DNA of 64,000 nucleotides. Origin: Candidatus Zixiibacteriota bacterium (lineage in GTDB: Bacteria; Zixibacteria; MSB-5A5; WJJR01). Position numbers and translations under genes: made by a program. A model generated the notes under the pieces. That model saw only the letters and a program-made list of their open reading frames with translations. It did no database searches and was not told the DNA's origin. Shown piece by piece: positions 56,495 through 64,000 of this stretch. The stretch covers positions 544,206-608,205 of the forward strand of contig DASWIS010000008.1 in NCBI GenBank assembly GCA_036397555.1, written 5' to 3'. Within the stretch, counting starts at the first letter, position 1. The number at the start of each line of letters is the position of its first letter.

Positions 56495-59400
56495 ATGATG
56501 CGACCTTCTGAGATCGGAAACCGGATTCGGAGATGGACCCCGTTGGTCCTCGCCGGGATCTGGATCGCATCGGCTTCACAGGGATTTGCGGCCAACGGCA
56601 AGATCGCCGGACAGGTTTTGGACAATAAGTCCAAGGAGCCGCTCATTCAGGCGACCGTCCAGGTCGTCGGGACCACATTGGGTGCGGTCACCGACATCGA
56701 TGGTCGATTCCAGATTCTGGCCGTGCCCGTCGGTGAACATTCCGTCAGGGCGAGCATCATGGGATATCAGCCGGTCGTGGTTACCGGCATCCTGGTCAAG
56801 CCGGATCAGACCGAAAACGTTTCCTTCGATCTTGACGAAAGCGCGGTCGAATTGGAGGCGGTGATCGTCAGGGCGGAAATCGACCTGATCCAGATGGATC
56901 AAGCCACGACAAAACGAGATGTCAGCGCCGAAAAGATCAAGACCCTTCCCGTCACCAACGTCGGCGACATTATCGCGATGACCCCGGGCGTGACCGTTCG
57001 TAACGATCGCTTTCACATCCGAGGCGGGAGATCGTCCGAAGTCCTGTACAATGTCGACGGCGTCTCGATGTCCGATCCGCTCGGCGGACGCGGCCCGACC
57101 CAGGCGTTGAATCTGTCCGGCACCGAGATCGAAAACGTTTCCATCATCAAGGGCGCGTGGTCGCCGGAGTACGGCGGTACCAGCGGCATCATCAGCGTCT
57201 CAACGAAGGATGGCGGCTCCGATACCAAGGGACATGTTCAATACTTCACGGACGATTTCGGGACCAAGAACCTCAACACCTACTCGCGGAATTTTCAGCG
57301 TTTCGAATTCAATCTGGGCGGCCCGGAACCGCTGTTTACCAAGCTCGTGCTCCCGGCGCTGGGACTGGGCGGCCCGTCCGATAAACTGACCTACTTCACG
57401 TCGCTGAACTTCGAACGCTCCGATACCTACACGCCCATCAACAGATTCACGACCGACGCCACGCGGGCGGATTTTCGCGAATTCAAGTTTCTCGCGTGGG
57501 TCCTGCGCGATCGACAGACAAACTTCGGCGACGCCTTGTTCAAAATGTCGTACCGCTTGAGCCCCGACATCCGTCTCACCGGCCAGTACAAGCAGACATA
57601 CGAACGCAACATGCTGTGGCGCTGGAGCTATCGATACGTGCCCAACAACATCCCCTGGGAAGAGGACAAAAGCGAATTCTACAGTCTGCGCTGGACCCAC
57701 AACCTCAGCAAGACCACCTACTACGAAGTCCAGCTCTCCCGGCAACAACGCACCTTCTGGCAAAAGCCGGGGAACCCCAATGTCGCCGGCGGCACGCTGA
57801 ACCCGGATGATTTCCTCTTCGACCATCAGTCCGACACATACGAAGACCGCAATGGCAATGGCGCCTGGGATCCGCCCGAGACCTGGACCGACGTCTATCC
57901 CGACGGCGAGTATACCTTTGGCGATGTCTGGATCGACCGCGACGGCGACGGAAACTATGTCCCTGGAATTGACACGCTGATCTTCGATTTCAACGGAAAC
58001 GGCGTGGTCGATTTTAATGTCGGGGAATCTTTTGTCGATCGCAACGGCAACGGTCGATATGACGAGGGCGATGCGCTGACGCGAGACGGCAACGGCAACG
58101 GCATCTACGATCCCGGCAACGAAGAAGACTTATTCGACATCGAGGGCAGTCCGAATGACATTCCCGAGCCGTACCTCGACGGTGATGTCTCCCTCGGAGA
58201 GCCGTTCACTGATGTCAACCGGAACGGCGTCTACGACGACTCACTGTCGGGATTGCCGTTCGGCGAGCCGTTTGTCGATTTGTCCCACGACAGCAAATAC
58301 CAAGGTCCCAACGACGACTGGGTCGTGGGCGTGCCGTTCCGCGATCTCAATGGCAATGGTGACTTTGATCGGGGATCGTCGACGCCATCCGGCGCGTGGT
58401 CGTCCGATGACGCCAGCTACGACTTCGGAGAACCGTTCAACGACTTAAACGGCGACGGCATCCGCAACGCGGCCGACGGGTTCTATGATCGTGGTTGGGA
58501 TGGATCCGTTGTCTGGCACTATCGCCGTCCGCGCGACACCCGCATGAAGGTTGATCTGGTCAGCCAGATGCGCCGGGAACATGAGGTCAAAATCGGCGGC
58601 GAATACGCGGCGTACGATCTGACATTCGAGGAATTGCAGCAGCCATACGTGGATTTGACGGGGAAAGACCTTGAAAACAGTCTCGGACAGCCATACCCCG
58701 GGCGAGGCACCATCCGCGACTTCTACAATCAGACGCCGAAGACTGGGGCGCTCTACATCGTCGACAAGATGGAATACGGACAGATGATCGCCCATGTCGG
58801 CTTTCGCTACGAGTACTTCATCCAGGCCAATGACGCCTCAGCCGCTGAAGAGGCGGCGATTGGCGAAGATATCCCTTACGCGGACTACCGCGACCGGTTC
58901 GCGCCGCGCATTGCGTTCGCCTATCCGATCTCCGACAAGGCCAAGGTCTTCTTCAATTACGGGCACTTCTACCAACTGCCGCCGCTATTCCAAATGTATG
59001 CGCGTTCGACGTTTACCAACAGCGCTTCGGGGGTCATCGGCAACTTGAACCTCGAGTTCGTCAAGACAATCAAGTACGAGTTTGGCGTCCAATACATGCT
59101 CTCGCCGGAGTACTTGCTGTCCGTTCAGGGGTTCTACTCCGACGATTTCGGCCGCGTGGCCGCCTCGGAGATTCGCGGATACGGCGGACTGGATGCCCGC
59201 AATTTCTATGAAAACTCGGAGTACTCCCGCGCGCGCGGGATCGAATTCGAACTGGAAAAGAAATACGGCAACTACGTTTCCGGATCATTCACCTATGATC
59301 TCTCCTGGGCATTCGGCAAGTCGTCGGCCGAAGCGCTGGATTACTTCGCGAACTTCTATGCGGGCAGCAACGACCGCTTCGTGATTCAGGAGTTCCCGCT

Positions 59401-59863
59401 GGACTGGGATGAACGTCACTCCCTGACGCTCATACTCGACATCCGCGTGCCGGCGAATGACCATCCCAAACTCTTTGGCCGTACCATCCCCAGCGATTGG
59501 GGCCTGAACATATTCTGGCAATACGGATCTGGCTTCCCCTACACACCGAGCACGTCTCATCCGGGGGTCGAGATTGTCGGACAGCTTGAGCCCGACAAGA
59601 ATTCACGACGCTATCCCGCGCACAATAACATCGACGTTCGCTTCAACAAGAATTTTGCCATCGGGCCCATGCACTACGCGTTTGAGGTCTGGGTCTACAA
59701 CGTGCTCGACGAACGGAACATCCGGGAAGTCTACACCGGCACCGGCCGACCCGAAAGCGGGGTCAACCAGAGCCGTGTCATCTATCCGTCCGATGGTCAG
59801 ACCGACCCGCGACTTTGGGAGGCCGGGCGCCAGATTCGTATCGGATTGGGAATGGATTTCTAA
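56495..59863 (+). CDS. TonB-dependent-receptor/SusC-like outer-membrane protein with inserted array of Ca-binding (dockerin/EF-hand-like) repeats
   Basis: Signal peptide, CarbopepD_reg-like domain and TonB plug. Eight DxNGNGxxD-type loops (aa ~450-670). The barrel ends ..GLGMDF. SD GGGAGGA upstream. Confidence 0.8.
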   Translation: MMRPSEIGNRIRRWTPLVLAGIWIASASQGFAANGKIAGQVLDNKSKEPLIQATVQVVGTTLGAVTDIDGRFQILAVPVGEHSVRASIMGYQPVVVTGILVKPDQTENVSFDLDESAVELEAVIVRAEIDLIQMDQATTKRDVSAEKIKTLPVTNVGDIIAMTPGVTVRNDRFHIRGGRSSEVLYNVDGVSMSDPLGGRGPTQALNLSGTEIENVSIIKGAWSPEYGGTSGIISVSTKDGGSDTKGHVQYFTDDFGTKNLNTYSRNFQRFEFNLGGPEPLFTKLVLPALGLGGPSDKLTYFTSLNFERSDTYTPINRFTTDATRADFREFKFLAWVLRDRQTNFGDALFKMSYRLSPDIRLTGQYKQTYERNMLWRWSYRYVPNNIPWEEDKSEFYSLRWTHNLSKTTYYEVQLSRQQRTFWQKPGNPNVAGGTLNPDDFLFDHQSDTYEDRNGNGAWDPPETWTDVYPDGEYTFGDVWIDRDGDGNYVPGIDTLIFDFNGNGVVDFNVGESFVDRNGNGRYDEGDALTRDGNGNGIYDPGNEEDLFDIEGSPNDIPEPYLDGDVSLGEPFTDVNRNGVYDDSLSGLPFGEPFVDLSHDSKYQGPNDDWVVGVPFRDLNGNGDFDRGSSTPSGAWSSDDASYDFGEPFNDLNGDGIRNAADGFYDRGWDGSVVWHYRRPRDTRMKVDLVSQMRREHEVKIGGEYAAYDLTFEELQQPYVDLTGKDLENSLGQPYPGRGTIRDFYNQTPKTGALYIVDKMEYGQMIAHVGFRYEYFIQANDASAAEEAAIGEDIPYADYRDRFAPRIAFAYPISDKAKVFFNYGHFYQLPPLFQMYARSTFTNSASGVIGNLNLEFVKTIKYEFGVQYMLSPEYLLSVQGFYSDDFGRVAASEIRGYGGLDARNFYENSEYSRARGIEFELEKKYGNYVSGSFTYDLSWAFGKSSAEALDYFANFYAGSNDRFVIQEFPLDWDERHSLTLILDIRVPANDHPKLFGRTIPSDWGLNIFWQYGSGFPYTPSTSHPGVEIVGQLEPDKNSRRYPAHNNIDVRFNKNFAIGPMHYAFEVWVYNVLDERNIREVYTGTGRPESGVNQSRVIYPSDGQTDPRLWEAGRQIRIGLGMDF

Positions 59864-59893
59864 GCGCATCGGGGTGGCCGTATTTCTCAGGAT

Positions 59894-62602
59894 GTGATGA
59901 TGCCCATGGACTATGAGAGACAGGCCCAAAGCGTGGCCGATCGCGAAACCACGACCATCCGCATGATCCGTCCGATTAGACGGTGTCTCCGGGCGTCGGC
60001 CAGTGCCCTCATCATTGTTGCGCTCAGTGCTGTCTCAACGTGGTCGCGCGACAACCTCCCGTCCACGCCGCCCCTGAAGGGACCGCAGAGCTGGGTCAAC
60101 GCCGCGGCGCCGATCTTCGACCGGCGCGCTCACTACGTCGGTGAAGTCTGGATCTCGGTTTCGAATGACGGCTCCTTCGGCACCAGCCACCAGATGGATG
60201 CCTGCCCTCAGGATGAGATCGACCTGCGCATCAATTGGTGCCCCTCGTTCGAGCTGCCCGGAGGATCGCGAATCGATTATCTGTACAATGGGGGCCTTTG
60301 GGTCGGCGGAATCATCGGAACCGACACGGTCATCACCTTGGGCTATGAGGGATGGGATGAATCGGGCGACGAGTTCAACGGCTACACGACGATATCGACT
60401 GAACTGCCGGCCGGCTACCGTCACCTGGGGTGTTCTCCGAACGCGGACGGCTCCTTCGCGCCCCCGCGTCGGCTGGAACAAATCTACTATTGTCAGTACG
60501 AGGATACGACCCTCACCAATACAAACCAGACCTCGCACATCCCGATGGGCCTCGAAGTGACCCAGGTTACGCATCAGTCGTCCACGAACTTCGCGCGCAA
60601 CTTCGTCATCTGGGACCTCGAAATCAGGAACATCGGCGATAACCTGATCCGCGGCGTCTATCTCGGCGTCTTCGTGGACACGGATATCTACTGGCAATTG
60701 TCAGCCGGCGGAGAAAACAATGCCAACGACGACATCTCCGGGTTTCTGCACACCTGGCCCAATCCCGTCAATCCCGAATTCCGGGACACCTTGAACATTG
60801 CCTGGGCGGCGGACAACGACGGTAAGCCGGAAGGTGACGGCCCGGAAGACCCCTTCCGCCGCCAGGCGGAACGGGGAATCATCGGCTGGAGAGTCCTGCG
60901 CGCCCCCGCCGGCGCCAACATCAGCTACAACTGGTGGACGTCCAGCGGCCAGGGATTGCTCGACTGGGGCCCGCGTCGACTCACTGACCTTCGTGTCTTG
61001 GGCCACGGGGGTCGCGGGACTCCGTCGGGTGATCGCAACAAGTACCACTACATGTCCAATCGTGAAATCGATTACGATCAGTTGTATGCGGGGATTGATC
61101 TGTCGGCATTCGGCTGGGCACGTCCGTTGGCCGCCGCCACCTCGTGCAATCTCGCCGACGGACTAGACACACGCAGCGTTCTGGCCGTTGGCCCGGTCCC
61201 GCAACTGGCGCCGGGTGAGTCGATTCCGTTCACCTTTGCCATGGTCGGCGGATCCGAGTTCCACACTGTTCAGGACAATCCGATTAACTGCAACGACCCG
61301 ACCGGATTCTACAACAATGTCGATTTTTCCGATTTGGCCGGGAACGCCTGGTGGGCCGGTTTCGTGTTCGACAACTTCGGCGTCGACACAGACAACAACG
61401 ACTACGCGGGCGACTACTACCCGGTGCAGGGCTCGGCAGAGGACACGATTTTTTATCGGGGCGATGGCTGTCCCGATTTTGCGGGGCCGGCGCCCCCACG
61501 CGGGCCGGATAACTCGAATCTGACTCTGATCTCCCGCCCGCACGAATTGGAGCTGAATTGGACCGGGGCCAACTCCGAGTTGCAGGTCGATCCGTTGCTG
61601 CGCGTCAGCGACTTTGAGGGGTATCGGCTCTATATTGCCGAGCGCAATACCTCCAGCGACATCCCTTCCTCCGGCGATTACTCGCTGCTCGCCAGTTGGG
61701 ACATCGTCGACTACCGGCGCTACACGTTCCGGGAACTGACCCAGCGCTGGGAACTGACATCCAATCCGTTGACCGTTGACCAATGGCGTGAAGTATTCGA
61801 CGATCCCGATTTCGATCCCGAGCTCTATCTCTCCTCAGAATTCGATGCGGAATTCCCTCGGGACAGTGCGTATCAGTACCTTGGCGCCGAAGGCGAAGAG
61901 CAGCGCGCCTACTTCGTGCCGCAGGACTACAATCAGAGCAACACGATCATCGATCAGGAGCAGCCGCGCGACAACCTGATTCAACGCATCGACATTCGCG
62001 ACACGATCATCGGACTGGATACGCTCCAGTACGGTGTCTATCGCGTCGTCCTCGAAAACCGATTACCGTCGAAATACTACTTCGTGTCCGTTACGGCGTT
62101 CGACTTCGGCGACCCGGATAACGACCTGGACCCGCTGGAAACGGTTCCCGGCGGACAGAATAACCGGGTCGGCGGAATTCCCATCTACTCATCCGATGTC
62201 GTCGAAAACTATTGGGGCACCGGAGGGGCACAGCGGGATTCGGTGCGCGTCTCGGTCTATCCCAATCCGTACAAGTCGGTCATCGCGCTGGCGGACGGCA
62301 ACTCTTCAACCTACTTTGATGAGGGGTTGGAGGGGACCTTCGGACAGGAGACGTTCGGCGACCGCGATCGGCGCATCCACTTCATCAACCTGCCCGACAG
62401 CGCCACCGTGAGCATTTACACGCTCGACGGCGACTTGGTACGGGAGTTGCATCATCCCGACCCCACCCTCTCGAGTTATCCGTCGAAGATTTCCTGGGAC
62501 CTCGTTTCGCGCAATACGCAGGCGGTCGAGTCCGGTATCTATATCTACCGCGTCGATTCTAAACTGGGCGCGCAAATCGGAAAGTTGGTCATCATCAAGT
62601 AA
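59894..62602 (+). CDS. large secreted protein with T9SS C-terminal sorting domain, hypothetical
   Basis: Signal peptide. C-terminus VYPNPY..IHFINLP..VSIYTLDGDLV..GIYIYRV..GKLVIIK resembles Por_Secre_tail. Confidence 0.7.
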   Translation: MMMPMDYERQAQSVADRETTTIRMIRPIRRCLRASASALIIVALSAVSTWSRDNLPSTPPLKGPQSWVNAAAPIFDRRAHYVGEVWISVSNDGSFGTSHQMDACPQDEIDLRINWCPSFELPGGSRIDYLYNGGLWVGGIIGTDTVITLGYEGWDESGDEFNGYTTISTELPAGYRHLGCSPNADGSFAPPRRLEQIYYCQYEDTTLTNTNQTSHIPMGLEVTQVTHQSSTNFARNFVIWDLEIRNIGDNLIRGVYLGVFVDTDIYWQLSAGGENNANDDISGFLHTWPNPVNPEFRDTLNIAWAADNDGKPEGDGPEDPFRRQAERGIIGWRVLRAPAGANISYNWWTSSGQGLLDWGPRRLTDLRVLGHGGRGTPSGDRNKYHYMSNREIDYDQLYAGIDLSAFGWARPLAAATSCNLADGLDTRSVLAVGPVPQLAPGESIPFTFAMVGGSEFHTVQDNPINCNDPTGFYNNVDFSDLAGNAWWAGFVFDNFGVDTDNNDYAGDYYPVQGSAEDTIFYRGDGCPDFAGPAPPRGPDNSNLTLISRPHELELNWTGANSELQVDPLLRVSDFEGYRLYIAERNTSSDIPSSGDYSLLASWDIVDYRRYTFRELTQRWELTSNPLTVDQWREVFDDPDFDPELYLSSEFDAEFPRDSAYQYLGAEGEEQRAYFVPQDYNQSNTIIDQEQPRDNLIQRIDIRDTIIGLDTLQYGVYRVVLENRLPSKYYFVSVTAFDFGDPDNDLDPLETVPGGQNNRVGGIPIYSSDVVENYWGTGGAQRDSVRVSVYPNPYKSVIALADGNSSTYFDEGLEGTFGQETFGDRDRRIHFINLPDSATVSIYTLDGDLVRELHHPDPTLSSYPSKISWDLVSRNTQAVESGIYIYRVDSKLGAQIGKLVIIK

Positions 62603-62646
62603 GCCGCCCCCGACGCGACTCGGGCGGCAGCGCTGAGGTATCGGAT

Positions 62647-63588
62647 ATGAAGAGACTGCTCTCACTCGTCACGCAAACAGGATTCTGGGCCATCCTGCTG
62701 ATGATCGGCGCTGGGTCGGCGCGCGCCCAGGACAAAGTCGGATCGACCGGAGCGCAATTCCTCGAAATCGGCGTCTCACCCCGTGCCGATGCGATGGGCA
62801 ATGCGTTTACGGCCATCGCCGACGACGTCTCGGCCGTGTACTACAACCCCTCGGGGCTCGTGCAATTCGATCATCCTCAGGTGATGTACTCCTACATCGA
62901 TTATCCGGTCGGCATCATGTACCACTTCATCGGTGCGGCATTACCCGCCCTGGGCGGTATGATCGGGTTCGCATACTATGGATTGGATGCCGGCGACATC
63001 TCGTACACGACGCACTACAGCCAGACGCCCACGCCGGGATGGACATTCGGTGCGCGGGACTACGCGTTGTCATTCTCCTACGCGCGATTCCTCACCGACC
63101 GGTTCTCTCTGGGTGCCACGATTAAGGTTATTGACGAGCTCTACGAGGAAGAGCGGGCCAGTGGCTGGGCAGCCGACGTCGGCACCCAATACAACACCGG
63201 GTTCCGCAACTTCAAGATCGTGATGATGCTTTCGAATTTCGGGCCCGACATGAGCTTCATTGAAGACGAGTTCGCGCTGCCGATCAACTTTAAGTTCGGG
63301 GGGGCCATCGATGTCATGGATTCGCCCGAACACCACGCCATTCTCGCGGTGGAGGGAGCACATCCGTCCGATAACCGCGAACGGTACAACGCCGGGGTGG
63401 AATACACCTACCAGGAGTTTGCGTCGTTCCGCTTCGGCCAGCGATTTGAACATGACTTGGGAGGGCTTTCGGTTGGCGGCGGTCTCAAACTGAATTCCGT
63501 CGGCGTGCCGTTGCAGCTTGACTATGGCTATCGTGACTTTGAAGTGCTCGGTGACATTCACCGCTTTTCGTTCACACTCGATTTGTAG
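62647..63588 (+). CDS. porV: PorV-like outer-membrane β-barrel (T9SS-associated)
   Basis: N-terminus GAQFLEIGVSPRADAMGNAFTAIADDVSAVYYNPSGL matches PorV/LptO-family proteins. Confidence 0.65.
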   Translation: MKRLLSLVTQTGFWAILLMIGAGSARAQDKVGSTGAQFLEIGVSPRADAMGNAFTAIADDVSAVYYNPSGLVQFDHPQVMYSYIDYPVGIMYHFIGAALPALGGMIGFAYYGLDAGDISYTTHYSQTPTPGWTFGARDYALSFSYARFLTDRFSLGATIKVIDELYEEERASGWAADVGTQYNTGFRNFKIVMMLSNFGPDMSFIEDEFALPINFKFGGAIDVMDSPEHHAILAVEGAHPSDNRERYNAGVEYTYQEFASFRFGQRFEHDLGGLSVGGGLKLNSVGVPLQLDYGYRDFEVLGDIHRFSFTLDL

Positions 63589-63613
63589 GATGGGACGGAG
63601 GATGCAGGATCCT

Positions 63614-64000
63614 ATGGGCAGCGAATTGATGGCGCGCACACTTGGTCGCAGGCGCGCAGCCGCCGCGGTCACCGTGTTGCTGGCGATGGTGTGGCTGGGC
63701 GCCGGATGCGCGCCGGAGACCAAGGGCGGTCCGGGTGACAACCTGCCCCCCGAGGTCTTCCTGGTCAACATTCCGGTCGATGGCACCGAGTTCGCCACCA
63801 GTCCGACGATCCGCTGGTACGGCACCGACCGCGACGGGCGGATCATCCGGTTCGATCATACGGTGGTGTTGACCTCCGAAATCGACAGCATCGCCGCGGC
63901 CAACGGCATTGCCGCGCCGCAGCGGCTGGAGTGGTTTATCGAAAACATTCTGACGGATGAGTACGACTACTGGATCTCAATTTTTGTTGACGAAGTCATA
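63614..64000 (+). CDS. lipoprotein, hypothetical (partial, runs off the window end)
   Basis: Open frame from ATG 63614 with lipobox LGAGC. Not in the ORF table because no stop is reached. The alternative-frame ORF 63642..63872 is rejected. Confidence 0.5.
   Translation, partial: MGSELMARTLGRRRAAAAVTVLLAMVWLGAGCAPETKGGPGDNLPPEVFLVNIPVDGTEFATSPTIRWYGTDRDGRIIRFDHTVVLTSEIDSIAAANGIAAPQRLEWFIENILTDEYDYWISIFVDEVI

Noticed and set aside
62603-62632. Hairpin GCCGCCC-N12-GGGCGGC after the 902 aa gene as a terminator
   Set aside because: Large loop and no U-tract; only 44 bp from the porV-like start, so read-through operon coupling is at least as likely.
63642-63872. 76 aa ORF after the PorV-like gene
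   Set aside because: Junk-like Arg/Pro-rich translation; a different frame from ATG 63614 gives a plausible lipoprotein (lipobox LGAGC) that runs to the window end.
1-64000. CRISPR arrays, rRNA and tRNA genes
   Set aside because: No regularly spaced direct repeats and no recognisable rRNA or tRNA cloverleaf signatures were found by eye in the intergenic regions; small tRNAs cannot be fully excluded without tRNAscan.

Overview
This 64 kb window is high-GC (~65% by eye) chromosomal DNA from a diderm bacterium. Outer-membrane β-barrels, SusC/TonB-dependent receptors, a PorV-like protein and Por/T9SS C-terminal sorting domains point to the FCB superphylum, possibly Gemmatimonadota-like; that placement is tentative. 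Most of the window is conserved housekeeping. It contains a nucleoside-catabolism operon (deoB-cdd-deoC), PBP1A, tyrS, prfB with its programmed +1 frameshift, pta, rlmN, uppP, an LPS-heptose module, a split nuoJKLMN operon, the Mla lipid-transport genes, proline dehydrogenase, an M6 metalloprotease, a TPR/σ54 activator and T9SS cargo. Several accessory features stand out against this background. (1) A BMC vertex (EutN/CcmL-type) gene is translationally coupled inside deoB-cdd-deoC, and the DeoC carries a ~45 aa N-terminal extension. (2) A ~3.5 kb cassette (outer-membrane protein, TAT-secreted ApbE flavin transferase, FMN-binding protein with a TGATIS flavinylation motif, 4-TM His-rich protein) sits at the pta 3' end flanked by a 66 bp direct repeat of pta's last codons. 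It is driven by a σ70-like promoter overlapped by two TTAGG-N-CCTAA (DtxR/IdeR-box-like) palindromes. (3) Three low-GC (~45-50% by eye) insertions: a 419 aa polytopic membrane protein flanked by ~95 bp imperfect direct repeats that duplicate the 5' end of an MrfA/YprA-like helicase; a 549 aa protein with a C-terminal Mrr-cat (PD-(D/E)xK) nuclease domain, a candidate defence gene; and a 220 aa TM protein next to the pta remnant. (4) A short hairpin repeat family (CCCTCTCC..GGGAGAGGG..GGGGTGAGGG) with three copies, and a nested-inverted-repeat MITE-like element upstream of nuoJ. (5) A TonB-dependent-receptor-like protein carrying about eight dockerin/EF-hand-like Ca-binding repeats. No CRISPR array, rRNA or confidently identifiable tRNA was found.
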